A DNA stretch of 64,000 nucleotides, from assembly GCA_934085585.1 (NCBI GenBank), contig CAKOHI010000007.1, positions 5,214 to 69,213 of the forward strand. Reading direction: 5' to 3'. Below are positions 1-9,914 of the stretch, in pieces. Positions within the stretch are counted from its first letter, which is position 1. Every line of letters starts with the position of its first letter. A model generated the notes under the pieces. That model saw nothing but the letters and a program-made list of their open reading frames with translations. It searched no databases and was not told where the DNA came from. The stretch is from an uncultured Bacilli bacterium. Its GTDB lineage: Bacteria > Bacillota_I > Bacilli_A > RF39 > UBA660. Made by a program: the position numbers and the translations under genes.

Positions 1-265
1 TATCTTTTTCAAGATTTTCAGATTCTAAAATTTTATTTATATCACTAACAATTTTTTCAATGGTTGCTAATCTATTTTTTTCTATTTCATCAATTTCATT
101 TGCAGTTTTATCTTTTATTATTTTTATATTATTAATCAGTTTATTAATGGATACTTTTTCGTCATTATTAAAATTACTTAAATTTAGATTTTCTAATCTA
201 TTTAAAAGTTCATCACTATTTATAAACCTATTTATATATTTATACATTAAGTCTACTAAATCCAT
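1..265 (-). CDS. hypothetical protein, 5' part only (gene continues beyond the left edge)
   Basis: An uninterrupted minus-strand frame runs from the ATG at 265-263 (MDLVDLMYKYINRFINSDELLNRLENL...) to position 1. The ATG lies 2 nt after the lepB stop (TAAttATG), which suggests coupling. It is absent from the ORF track because there is no in-window stop. No motif recognised. Confidence 0.4.
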   Translation of the reverse strand, partial: MDLVDLMYKYINRFINSDELLNRLENLNLSNFNNDEKVSINKLINNIKIIKDKTANEIDEIEKNRLATIEKIVSDINKILESENLEKD

Positions 266-267
266 AA

Positions 268-750
268 TTATACTGTACCTATTTTAGTAAAGGGAAATAA
301 TCTAAATATTATTTTTCCTTTTATTTCACTTTCTTTTATAGGTCCAAAGTATCTAGAATCTTTACTTATTAATCTATTATCTCCCAAAATAAAATATTCA
401 TCACTATCTAATGTAATTTTGTTATAGTCACTAGTTTCTCCATAAGCATATGTATCTTCAATGACTTTATCATTAATATAAATTTCACCATTTTTTATTG
501 CTACAGTATCACCAGGCATTCCTATTACTCTTTTAATTATTTTTTCATTATCTTTTTCTTCATGAAGAACAATTATATCATTTCTTTTGACATTTCCTAA
601 TTTATATAAAAGCAGGATATCACCATTTTTTAATGTTTGCTTCATGCTATCACCGTCAACTCGTACCGGGGTAATAATAAAAGTTCTTAATAAAACTACA
701 AAAATTATTATTAATACATATGGTACTAATTCCTTTATTACTTTTTTCAT
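268..750 (-). CDS. lepB: signal peptidase I (bacterial P-type)
   Basis: N-terminal TM helix. Ser box GDSMKQTL, KRVIGMPGD box and GDNRLISKDSR box. Adjacent to rplS. Confidence 0.9.
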   Translation of the reverse strand: MKKVIKELVPYVLIIIFVVLLRTFIITPVRVDGDSMKQTLKNGDILLLYKLGNVKRNDIIVLHEEKDNEKIIKRVIGMPGDTVAIKNGEIYINDKVIEDTYAYGETSDYNKITLDSDEYFILGDNRLISKDSRYFGPIKESEIKGKIIFRLFPFTKIGTV

Positions 751-761
751 AACTCTCCTTT

Positions 762-794
762 AAACGAAAGAAAGGAAAGAATTAACTTCTTTCC
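762..794 (-). terminator. putative intrinsic terminator/attenuator after rplS
   Basis: Hairpin GGAAAGAA-ttaac-TTCTTTCC (774-794) overlaps the rplS stop. On the minus strand it is followed by TTTCTTTCGTTT. Confidence 0.4.
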
Positions 795-1123
795 TTAACT
801 TTATATTCTTTACGCATTTTTTTGATAAAGTTAAGTTTTGCTCTACGAACTTTACCTTTTTTGATTACTACAATCTTGTCGATTGTTGGAGTATTAACTG
901 GGAATATTCTTTCTACACCAACAGTTCCGCTTTTCTTACGTACTGTAAATGTTTCTGAAACTCCACCACCTCTTTTAGCGATTACTAATCCTTCAAAAGA
1001 TTGGATTCTTTCCTTTTTTCCTTCTTTTACCCAAACATCAACTCTAACTGTGTCCCCAACTCTAAATTCTGGAACATCTTTGCGAATATGTTTTTCAGCA
1101 ATTTTGTCTACTAAATTTGCCAT
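782..1123 (-). CDS. rplS: 50S ribosomal protein L19
   Basis: The translation (MANLVDKIAEKHIRKDVPEFRVGDTVRVDVWVKEGKKERIQSFEGLVIAKRGGG...) is the canonical L19 sequence pattern. Strong SD (AAGGAGG) upstream. Confidence 0.95.
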   Translation of the reverse strand: MANLVDKIAEKHIRKDVPEFRVGDTVRVDVWVKEGKKERIQSFEGLVIAKRGGGVSETFTVRKKSGTVGVERIFPVNTPTIDKIVVIKKGKVRRAKLNFIKKMRKEYKVKERS

Positions 1124-1232
1124 CTTTTTACCTCCTTATTTTATTACCTATAATCATATAAAATATTTATAGCGGATTATATACCTTTTTTGGGTCAACA
1201 ATATATTATCATAAATTATCAAACTATGCAAG

Positions 1233-2285
1233 TTAAAATAGTCTAATTATATCTTTTATTGTTATATAAACCATTAATAGTAGTAGCAAGAAAAATCCAA
1301 CCATGTGACACGCATTTTCAAATTTTGCATTTATTGGTTTTCTTCTTATAGTTTCTACTAAAAGGAAGAATACTCTGCCTCCATCAAATGCGGGAAATGG
1401 TAATATATTAATAAATCCAACATTAATTGATAAGAATGCTGTTATATACATCATATAGTTAAGTCCTAGAGCTACTCCATCATCTATAACTTTATACATT
1501 CCTACTGGGCCTGATAATGCACTTGTTGAAATTTTACCTGTAAGAAGTCCTCCAACAGTTAACCACATAGATTCTACAATACTTTCAAATTTTTGGAAAG
1601 CGTATTTGATCGAACCAAAGAATCCAGTTAATTTATTATTTTCTACCTCAATACCAAATACTTGACGTTCATTACCATCGGCATCTTTTTCAACTTTAGG
1701 CACTACTTTATAAGTATCTTTACTGCCATCTTCATGCTTTACTTCAAATGTATAATAATCATTTTTATTTTTCATAACTAGTATTATTTGAGCTACATCC
1801 CAGGTAGTAACCTTATGATCATTAATAGCAATTATTGTATCTCCGGCTTTTATTCCAGCTTCAGCCATTGGATAGTTTTCTACAGCTTTTTTTACCACAG
1901 GTTTAAGGGTACTTCCGCCCCAGATTAAACTGCTTATAAATAAAAGAACTATGGCTAAAATAAAATTATTTACAACTCCGGCAACAAGAATAATTAATCT
2001 TTGCCACCAAGGTTTATTGCACATGTAATCTTCTTTTTTTATCTTTTCATCGGCATCTTCATAAACTTCACCAGCCATTGATACAAATCCTCCGATTGGA
2101 AATGCTCTTATATTATAATCAATTTTATCTTTACCTTTGTGAGTATGAATAATTGGTCCCATACCTATTGAAAACTCATAGATGTGTACTTTAAACTTTT
2201 TAGCCCAGATAAAATGTCCAAATTCATGAACTAAAATAATAATTCCTAAAATGAATATTAATATTAATAATGATATAATCCACAT
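1233..2285 (-). CDS. rseP: RIP metalloprotease RseP/RasP (site-2 protease)
   Basis: HEFGHF zinc motif in the first TM helix, a central PDZ-like segment (AGIKAGDTIIAINDHKV), and a C-terminal NILPFPAFDGG motif. Confidence 0.9.
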   Translation of the reverse strand: MWIISLLILIFILGIIILVHEFGHFIWAKKFKVHIYEFSIGMGPIIHTHKGKDKIDYNIRAFPIGGFVSMAGEVYEDADEKIKKEDYMCNKPWWQRLIILVAGVVNNFILAIVLLFISSLIWGGSTLKPVVKKAVENYPMAEAGIKAGDTIIAINDHKVTTWDVAQIILVMKNKNDYYTFEVKHEDGSKDTYKVVPKVEKDADGNERQVFGIEVENNKLTGFFGSIKYAFQKFESIVESMWLTVGGLLTGKISTSALSGPVGMYKVIDDGVALGLNYMMYITAFLSINVGFINILPFPAFDGGRVFFLLVETIRRKPINAKFENACHMVGFFLLLLLMVYITIKDIIRLF

Positions 2286-2295
2286 AGTATCCTCC

Positions 2296-3090
2296 CTAAA
2301 ACATTAATAAAAACATATATGCTATAAATACAAATATACTACTGTCAAGACGATCTAATATTCCTCCATGACCTGGCATTATATTTGAAAAATCTTTAAT
2401 TTCATTTTCTCTTTTTACTTTACTCATTATTAAGTCACCAATTTGACCTATAATAGATAGAATAATTGTTATAGCTATAATTTTAATGGTAATTTTCCCA
2501 AAAAACAATTTATAAATTATAGACCCAACTAAACTGCCACAAATTAAACCACCAATTGAACCTTCCCAAGTTTTATTTGGACTTATTTTAACACACATTT
2601 TATGTTTACCAAATTTAGATCCTATCAAATAAGCAAATATATCATTTATCATTGGTATTGCTAGTAGAAATATAAAAATATTTAGTCCACGTAATCTAAT
2701 AGTGTTAAAAGCATTAAATGCTAATCCTAAAAATATGGTTGCACCTAAAAGATAAATTGCATCCTTTGTATTATAAGTATTAGTATAAAATATAGTTGGT
2801 ATAATTAAAAATAATGTAATCATTGCTATAATTTGATATGAGAACCCATCATAAACTGATATATCATTATTACATATAATTAATGATAACATACATATTA
2901 ATCCCACTATTGACATTACAGTTGGTATTTTTCCATGAGATTTTGATAAATCTAATATTTCTTTATATCCTAATGCTGCTATTAAAGAAAGTCCTAATGT
3001 AAAATATATTCCCCCTAATAATATTAAAGGGACTACTATTATTAATGCTATAACAGCACTTATTATTCTTGTTTTCATTTTTTCCTCCAT
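2296..3090 (-). CDS. cdsA: phosphatidate cytidylyltransferase
   Basis: Polytopic membrane protein with the C-terminal CDS signature SKVKRENEIKDFSNIMPGHGGILDRLDS. Located upstream of rseP, as in many Firmicutes. Confidence 0.9.
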   Translation of the reverse strand: MEEKMKTRIISAVIALIIVVPLILLGGIYFTLGLSLIAALGYKEILDLSKSHGKIPTVMSIVGLICMLSLIICNNDISVYDGFSYQIIAMITLFLIIPTIFYTNTYNTKDAIYLLGATIFLGLAFNAFNTIRLRGLNIFIFLLAIPMINDIFAYLIGSKFGKHKMCVKISPNKTWEGSIGGLICGSLVGSIIYKLFFGKITIKIIAITIILSIIGQIGDLIMSKVKRENEIKDFSNIMPGHGGILDRLDSSIFVFIAYMFLLMF

Positions 3091-3129
3091 TATAAGTATA
3101 CTATGTTATATTAAATATTGCAAAACAAA

Positions 3130-3942
3130 TTACTCTAAATTGATGGAATAATAACTAACTTGATTAAATAATTCATTTAATTTTGTTGTTTTTGTAAAAA
3201 TTAAATATTTATTACCATAATTATTATATTCATTTAATTTAGCTTCATCTATTTTTATTACATTTTTATTACTATCATAATACTTTATTTTTACTGTTTT
3301 ATTAAAGTCTTTTCCACTAAAATATGCAGATATTACATAAATCTTGTCTTCTTCATCATTGGCAATGCGAATATTATTTATTAAATAACCACCACTTTTA
3401 TATTCATAATTTACATCTTTAATATCTTTAACTACTTCTTTATCTATAACTTCTTTTGCTTCATATTTATCTAACTTTTCATTTAAAACTATACTTAAAT
3501 AGATTTCATTATTTATATTTTGATATTTTATACCTTTTACATATAATTCATTATTTATGACTTTATTAATTGTTTCTTCATATTCATTTTCTTTATAGCC
3601 ATTTAATGTTTCAATAACTATTACGAGATTTTTAAATACATCTAATCCTTCTTTTGATGTATTTGTGAAAAGTTCTACATTGTCTAATTTATAAATGAAT
3701 TCTTGCTTGTTACATTGTATTTGTAAACCATTATCTTTAATATTTCCAGTACACTTATTATCATGCGCGTATTTAGTTATTAAAAATTTATTTAAAACAT
3801 CATTTAATTTAAAATCTGCATTGGGTATTTTTACTTCTTCGTTAATCTCTTTTTCTGTTTTATTTGAAATGTTATAAGCTATTACCCCGATAGTTATAGC
3901 AACTAATATAGCCAATATTATTACAATAATCTTTTTTTTCAT
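3130..3942 (-). CDS. membrane-anchored hypothetical protein, translationally coupled to the vWA pilin gene
   Basis: Single N-terminal TM helix (IIVIILAILVAITIGVIAY) followed by an about 240-aa extracytoplasmic region. There is a 4-nt start/stop overlap (3939-3942) with the upstream gene. No recognised motif. Confidence 0.6.
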   Translation of the reverse strand: MKKKIIVIILAILVAITIGVIAYNISNKTEKEINEEVKIPNADFKLNDVLNKFLITKYAHDNKCTGNIKDNGLQIQCNKQEFIYKLDNVELFTNTSKEGLDVFKNLVIVIETLNGYKENEYEETINKVINNELYVKGIKYQNINNEIYLSIVLNEKLDKYEAKEVIDKEVVKDIKDVNYEYKSGGYLINNIRIANDEEDKIYVISAYFSGKDFNKTVKIKYYDSNKNVIKIDEAKLNEYNNYGNKYLIFTKTTKLNELFNQVSYYSINLE

Positions 3943-5894
3943 TTTTGTTCTCCGTCATAGTAATATGCAAAACTAATTGTTTTTAAATTACCTTCTAATT
4001 TGTATTTATTATCTATTTTTTCTAAATCTAAATAATATATATTATTTTCATGTACTAAAATATCTGACATTTCATTTATATCTGTAAATGTATATGTTGT
4101 TTCATCATTAATTTTTAAACTAAATGGATTTTCGCTATCTACATAAAGATTCGGAAGTTCAATAAGTCCTTTTTTAGATGTTTCTTGAACTTGTTCCCTT
4201 ATTTCCTCTTGAATGTGTGAAAAAACTTCTCCCAAACTATCTAGTCCACTGGTTGAATTAAAATAACAACCTGGTGATGCAATATAAGTTAATGCTTTTG
4301 TATCCGCTCCATTTCCAATACCAATTGAATAACTAGTCTTTAAATTAGCTTTTACTATATTAGCATAGTTATTATTAAAGTCATCATTATCATATCCATC
4401 ACTTACAAAAATCATGTAATTATTATCTTGACCACGAAGGTGTTTTTCTATTATATTATTGGTTTTAATTAAAGCATTATTAAATGATGTTCCTCCATTT
4501 GTACCTGGGATGCCTCCAATTATACTTAATGCTTCGTCTTTATTAGTTCCTATTTCTAATAAAATATTGGCTACAGATTCAAATTCTATTATTGATACTG
4601 TTGATCCCACTTCAAATGACATGCTATTTACTAATTCTTTTGCTACTTGCTTTAAATTTTCAATAGCATTACCACTCATACTTCCTGAAACATCTAAAAC
4701 TAATATCATATTAATCTTATTAGCAATTATGGCATTTTTACTACCTTTATTAATCTTTTCAACATCTAAATTGACATCTATGATATCCCAGCTTGCAATT
4801 GCTTCATCGCTATCATTAAGATTATCAAATTCATAAATTGTACTTCCATCACTTTTTTTTACCCAATTTTTAAAAACATAGCCGTTTCTAGATGGTTTTG
4901 GTAATTCATGATTTGGATTTTCCTGAAGAAAATATACATCATTTATCGTTTCTGTTTTATTAGATTTTTCATTATAATTAAATGTTACTTTATTTATATT
5001 TATTTCTTCTTCATAAATATTATTTGCATTGTCTTTAATACATATTTTTTGCTTTCCTGAACTAGTTATTTTTAATTTATTTGTATTATAAGTTGCATTT
5101 TCACAACTATCTTTTGTTAGAGCATATCCTAAAATTCCTGATCCTGTTAAATCAGTTGCTTCAATATCAAGAGTTTGATTATTTTCAGTATTTATTTTTA
5201 TATCTTTACTTATCAATTTAGGTTTTTCTTTATCTATTTTTATGACTTTACTTATGTCATATGTTTTTTTAGAGGTTTTAATTAATGCACTATATATTGT
5301 ATTTAAAAGATAACTTGGATTTACCACGATTGATTTATTTGTACCACTTTCTTGAAGTTCATAAAGTCCATTTAGGCTAGTCCACTCTACTATACTAGTT
5401 TTTAATTCTTCATCACTTAATCCTTTTATAGTTAAAACTAAATTTTCATTATACCAACCGTCTTTACATGATTTATTATTACAAACAATTTCTACGGTAT
5501 CTTCTCTATTTTCATTATAACAAGTACCATCTTCATTTTCTTGTAATTTACCTAAAGAGGCTTTATATTCACCATCTTCTAAAATTACATGTATAATATA
5601 ACAATTTAATTTTTTATTTTTCTCTCTTGGGTCATAAATATTTTTATCATCATCCGGAGATATTGATCCGTTTTTAATCAAAAAATCTACGGATATATCA
5701 ATTGGATCCGTTTTACCAGTACTTTTGGCATATTCTTCAGCCTTGGTATAAATGTCACTTAAAATATTTTGATATTGTTTTTCTAATACATTTTTTCTAA
5801 CATTAGTAAAAATTCTTACCCCAACTGCAATTAAAATAGATAATATTACTATGCTTGCAATTAATTCTACAAGTGAAAAAGCATTTTTCTTCAT
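3939..5894 (-). CDS. modular prepilin-type protein with a von Willebrand factor A (MIDAS) domain
   Basis: The N-terminus MKKNA/FSLVELIASIVILSILIAVG is a class III (prepilin) signal with Glu at +5. A flg_new/Listeria-Bacteroides-type repeat is present (NGYVFKNWVKKSDGS). The vWA domain has the MIDAS motif DVSGSMSG, later GGTSFNNAL and IFVSDGYDND. Confidence 0.8.
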   Translation of the reverse strand: MKKNAFSLVELIASIVILSILIAVGVRIFTNVRKNVLEKQYQNILSDIYTKAEEYAKSTGKTDPIDISVDFLIKNGSISPDDDKNIYDPREKNKKLNCYIIHVILEDGEYKASLGKLQENEDGTCYNENREDTVEIVCNNKSCKDGWYNENLVLTIKGLSDEELKTSIVEWTSLNGLYELQESGTNKSIVVNPSYLLNTIYSALIKTSKKTYDISKVIKIDKEKPKLISKDIKINTENNQTLDIEATDLTGSGILGYALTKDSCENATYNTNKLKITSSGKQKICIKDNANNIYEEEININKVTFNYNEKSNKTETINDVYFLQENPNHELPKPSRNGYVFKNWVKKSDGSTIYEFDNLNDSDEAIASWDIIDVNLDVEKINKGSKNAIIANKINMILVLDVSGSMSGNAIENLKQVAKELVNSMSFEVGSTVSIIEFESVANILLEIGTNKDEALSIIGGIPGTNGGTSFNNALIKTNNIIEKHLRGQDNNYMIFVSDGYDNDDFNNNYANIVKANLKTSYSIGIGNGADTKALTYIASPGCYFNSTSGLDSLGEVFSHIQEEIREQVQETSKKGLIELPNLYVDSENPFSLKINDETTYTFTDINEMSDILVHENNIYYLDLEKIDNKYKLEGNLKTISFAYYYDGEQK

Positions 5895-5970
5895 TATTTA
5901 CTTCTCCTTTACTATAATAAATTATACCTAAAATAATTGTTATTGTAAATAATTTTGCATATTATTTAAC

Positions 5971-6348
5971 ATGAATGATATAGAAAAAAAGTTAAAGAGA
6001 CTTAAGAATGAGGATATAGTTTGGATTGTATATTTTTTTATCGTGGTGTTTGCTCTATATTCTAATAAACTTGATCGAGATTACCTTATAAAAAAAGATT
6101 ATGGAGCATATAAAAGAGAAAAATATATAAATATTGCCATTTTTTTTGTAGCTTTTTTTATTTATCTTTATTTTTTACTACTTTTAACTGAAGATTTGGG
6201 AAGTATGGAAAAGAATTTTAATGATCCAAATTATAGATCTACTTTTATTCAACTTATAGCTGCGATACTATTTTTGATCGGCGGGGCCATTTATTTAATT
6301 AATGAAATTACTAGAAAGGATGATGCCTTGGATGTTGGTTTAATTTAA
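5971..6348 (+). CDS. small integral membrane protein (3 predicted TM helices), hypothetical
   Basis: ORF with hydrophobic segments (IVWIVYFFIVVFALY, INIAIFFVAFFIYLYFLLLL, IQLIAAILFLIGGAIYLI). No recognised family. Confidence 0.5.
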   Translation: MNDIEKKLKRLKNEDIVWIVYFFIVVFALYSNKLDRDYLIKKDYGAYKREKYINIAIFFVAFFIYLYFLLLLTEDLGSMEKNFNDPNYRSTFIQLIAAILFLIGGAIYLINEITRKDDALDVGLI

Positions 6349-6372
6349 AAAAACTAGATTTGTAATAAGTAA

Positions 6373-7557
6373 TTATCTTATAAAATAACGATATGATTCA
6401 TGTAGTTTTAAATCAGTTTTTGTTACATTTGCTAATTGTGATACAGTTACTACTTGATAACCATTAGCATAAAGATATGGCAATAAGTTTTCTATAGCAT
6501 CTATGCTAGTTTTGTGAATATCATGGAATAATACAATATTTCCATCTTCAACTTTTTGTAAAACATAATTGGTAAGATACTCAACATTTCTATGACGCCA
6601 GTCTTCGGTATCAATATTCCATAAAATAAAACTTGCATCTAAACTTTCTTTAACCTTTTTAGTAATTATACCATACGGAGGTCTTATTAAATGGAATGTA
6701 TCATTAATTATACTTTTTAATATTTCATTTGATTCATTAAACTCATCTACTATTTGATCTAGTTTTTCTCTTTTAAAACTTTTGTGAGCATATGAATGAT
6801 ATCCTATTTCCATATTATTTTCATGAACTTTTAAAACTGTATCTTTATATAAATTTAAATTTTTCCCTAACATGAAAAATGTCGCATGAGCTTTATTATC
6901 ATTTAAAATGTCAACAAGTTTACTTGTATACTCACCAGGACCATCATCAAATGTCAAAGCTATTATCTTTTTATTTTCATCAATTTTATTCCCATCTTCA
7001 TTTTCATATGTTTTATCTAATTTTACTGTAAAATCTACATAATCTTTAATCTCATTATAATTTACATGCAAAGATAGTTCAAAATCTATCACCGGTTCTA
7101 TTTCATAATCATAATAATAGATAATTAATTCATTTTCTTTAACATAGTAGCTATTTGTTTTATCATTTTTACATAAGACATCTGCGATAAACTTGGGATA
7201 TTTTAAATATAATAATTCTCTTGTTTTACTCCAAAAATCTTCCAACTTTTCTGGTTTTATAATCGATGTAATATTTACTTCTTCACCAGTTTTAAAATTA
7301 AATAATTTAGATATATATCTATCATCTTCAAGACTTACAACATTTACAAATTTAGAATCTATATTTGTTTCTTCAACTAAATTATATAAGCTGTTTACAT
7401 AATCACTTATTAAACTACTTTTGTTAGATTCATCTGCACTTATTGTTGGCAAGGCAAAAGAAAAAGTTTTAAATGAAGAAGTTGCTACGAGTAAAATACT
7501 TATAGCAATAAAGAACACTATACCTTTTTTTAGTTTAAGTTTTCTTTTTCTCTTCAT
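6373..7557 (-). CDS. polysaccharide/peptidoglycan deacetylase (NodB domain, PdaC-like architecture)
   Basis: N-terminal TM/signal, a central domain, then NodB motifs: LTFDDGPG, GYHSYAH, LIRPPYG, IVLFHD. Confidence 0.8.
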   Translation of the reverse strand: MKRKRKLKLKKGIVFFIAISILLVATSSFKTFSFALPTISADESNKSSLISDYVNSLYNLVEETNIDSKFVNVVSLEDDRYISKLFNFKTGEEVNITSIIKPEKLEDFWSKTRELLYLKYPKFIADVLCKNDKTNSYYVKENELIIYYYDYEIEPVIDFELSLHVNYNEIKDYVDFTVKLDKTYENEDGNKIDENKKIIALTFDDGPGEYTSKLVDILNDNKAHATFFMLGKNLNLYKDTVLKVHENNMEIGYHSYAHKSFKREKLDQIVDEFNESNEILKSIINDTFHLIRPPYGIITKKVKESLDASFILWNIDTEDWRHRNVEYLTNYVLQKVEDGNIVLFHDIHKTSIDAIENLLPYLYANGYQVVTVSQLANVTKTDLKLHESYRYFIR

Positions 7558-7571
7558 TTAAAACATCCTTT

Positions 7572-8954
7572 TTATATATTTTTAATATTCTTTTTATTAA
7601 ATACTATAAATGATGTTATAATCATAATTAAGAAATATACTATACACACTATTATTGCATGAGTTAAGCTTGTACCATATGCACTTACACCACCAAATAA
7701 GTAAAGATTAAAATCCCAGTTTGTAGTTACAAAATATTTTAGAATTTCAATATTATAACTTAAAGCAAACATATTTATAATTGATGAACCAATTACACCT
7801 GCAAAAGTAATAACGATAGCTAATGCTGTGTTTCCAATAATTGTTGAGGCTGCAAAAGCTAAAGTAATTAACAATAATATTTGAGGTAATGTTGCAATTG
7901 TATTTATAATTATGTATTTAAATGAACTCATTACTTTTAATGATTTACTTGCTAAGTTATAAATTACAACATGATTTTGTAATGATGTAAATCCAAGGAA
8001 TAAGCCACCTATTACAAGTTGCATTAAATAAGCAATTATTATAAATAAAATGGTTAATAATACAACAGTTATGTATTTAGAAAGTAATATAGTACTTCTT
8101 TTATATGGAGTTATAAGTAAAGATTTAATTGTACCTTTATTATATTCTTCACTTACTATAGCTCCTGAAATCATAACACCAAATACAAGGATTAAGAACA
8201 TGTACTCACTATAAAAGTTAGTCATGATATATCTTAAATCACTTGCATCATTAGTATTCTCTTTTGTTTCTAAAATATACTTATTTGTATAATATCTTTT
8301 AACAGATTCTTCAAGATCTTTTTTTACTTCTTTATTGGTTTCGGTTTCATATTGTTTTATAGATGAAGCAGAATACTTTACATTATTAATAGCTTCATTT
8401 AGATAATCCGAACCATATTTAACATTTTCTTTTAGACGATATTCTAATAGTTCGATGCTAACTTTTGTAGTAAATATTTGGGCTTCTGTTTCTTTCTTTT
8501 CTTTATCTGTTGTTACAGATTTTAAATTTTCTTCAAAATACTTTAATCTTTCTTTTTCAGTCGTTAAGTCTTTATTTACAAAATATTGCCAGTTGTCATT
8601 TGCCAATGCTAATTTGGCATCATTATATTCTTTTTCTATTTCATCTGTTAAGGCATCATTATTTTTAGAATAATAATAATCACTTAAAGCATTATAAAAA
8701 TTATCTTTTGCATAATATTGCCAGGTTTCATTGTTGTATTTTTTGTAAAGATCATTCATTTCTTTATTTATGGCATTCTCGGTTGTATCCTCGGTTTCAG
8801 GATAATAATACTCATCTGAAGAAAAATACATATCTGATTCATGACCAATTAAGTATGATACCAAACCCATAAACAAAGCTGTTATAATTAAAACTATATA
8901 TGTTCCTTTTTTATGTAATATTTTAAATATTTCATTCTTTATTAGCTTTATCAT
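7572..8954 (-). CDS. ABC-2 type transporter permease with a large extracytoplasmic loop
   Basis: N-terminal TM helix, an about 220-aa charged loop, then 5 further TM helices. Overlaps the upstream ATPase gene by 23 nt. Confidence 0.7.
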   Translation of the reverse strand: MIKLIKNEIFKILHKKGTYIVLIITALFMGLVSYLIGHESDMYFSSDEYYYPETEDTTENAINKEMNDLYKKYNNETWQYYAKDNFYNALSDYYYSKNNDALTDEIEKEYNDAKLALANDNWQYFVNKDLTTEKERLKYFEENLKSVTTDKEKKETEAQIFTTKVSIELLEYRLKENVKYGSDYLNEAINNVKYSASSIKQYETETNKEVKKDLEESVKRYYTNKYILETKENTNDASDLRYIMTNFYSEYMFLILVFGVMISGAIVSEEYNKGTIKSLLITPYKRSTILLSKYITVVLLTILFIIIAYLMQLVIGGLFLGFTSLQNHVVIYNLASKSLKVMSSFKYIIINTIATLPQILLLITLAFAASTIIGNTALAIVITFAGVIGSSIINMFALSYNIEILKYFVTTNWDFNLYLFGGVSAYGTSLTHAIIVCIVYFLIMIITSFIVFNKKNIKNI

Positions 8955-9837
8955 TTTTCTTTCCTCCAGTCTTTTTTAGGAATGCTTCTTCAAGAGTTAA
9001 TTCTTGCATGTGAACCTCATATACATCAATATTTTTCTTTACTAATGTTTTTATTATACTTGCAATATCTTCTTTATCACCATTAAAACTAAATTTATCT
9101 TTAGTTACTTCATACATTCCTTCAATACTTAAATCTTTAGTATCACTTACACTAAATACATATTTATTGCCATTATTTTTAAATTCTTTTACTTCACTTT
9201 TTTCTATAATTGTTCCTTCATCTATAATTAATACTTTATTACAAAAACTTTCAAGTTCTGCTAAATTATGACTTGATATTAATATTCCCAGTCCTTCTTT
9301 AGCTAGCTTTTTTAAAAGAATTCTTAAATCTTTTATTCCTTCTGGATCTAATCCATTCGTAGGTTCATCTAATATTAAAATATTTGGATTATTAATTAAA
9401 GCTCGAGCTATTCCTAGTCTTTGACGCATACCTAAAGAATACTTGCTTACTTTATCATTAATTCTTTGTTCTAAATCAACAAGTTTTACTATTTCCATTA
9501 TTTTTTCATTAGTTATCCCTTTATACATGTTAGCTATTAATTTTAAATTTTGCCATCCAGTTAAATACATGTAAGTGTCGGGATTTTCTACGATTGCTCC
9601 GACATTACTTATGGCTTTTACAAAGTCCTTCTTGATATCATAACCATTAATGATTACTTTTCCTTCATCTATACTTTGAAGACCTAAAATTAATTTAATC
9701 GTGGTAGTTTTCCCACTTCCATTCGGACCAATGAAAGCAAGAATATCCCCCTCATCAATTTCAAATGATACATTTTTTAAAATTTGTTTCTTTCCAAAAC
9801 TTTTACATAAATTTTGGCACTCTAATAATTTTTTCAT
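8932..9837 (-). CDS. ABC transporter ATP-binding protein
   Basis: Walker A GPNGSGKTT, ABC signature YSLGMRQRL, Walker B ILILDEPTNGLD. Confidence 0.9.
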   Translation of the reverse strand: MKKLLECQNLCKSFGKKQILKNVSFEIDEGDILAFIGPNGSGKTTTIKLILGLQSIDEGKVIINGYDIKKDFVKAISNVGAIVENPDTYMYLTGWQNLKLIANMYKGITNEKIMEIVKLVDLEQRINDKVSKYSLGMRQRLGIARALINNPNILILDEPTNGLDPEGIKDLRILLKKLAKEGLGILISSHNLAELESFCNKVLIIDEGTIIEKSEVKEFKNNGNKYVFSVSDTKDLSIEGMYEVTKDKFSFNGDKEDIASIIKTLVKKNIDVYEVHMQELTLEEAFLKKTGGKKNDKANKE

Positions 9838-9914
9838 TTTCTTTTTCCTTTCAACTACATTATAACTTATTAAAAGAAGTATGCCTATATTTTTTACACA
9901 TACTTTACATAGAA

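Noticed and set aside
60-287. Plus-strand 75-aa ORF at the left edge
   Set aside because: It has a low-complexity, Phe/Leu/Ser-rich translation typical of the antisense frame of an AT-rich gene. The opposite strand carries a cleaner open frame, coupled to lepB, that runs off the window.
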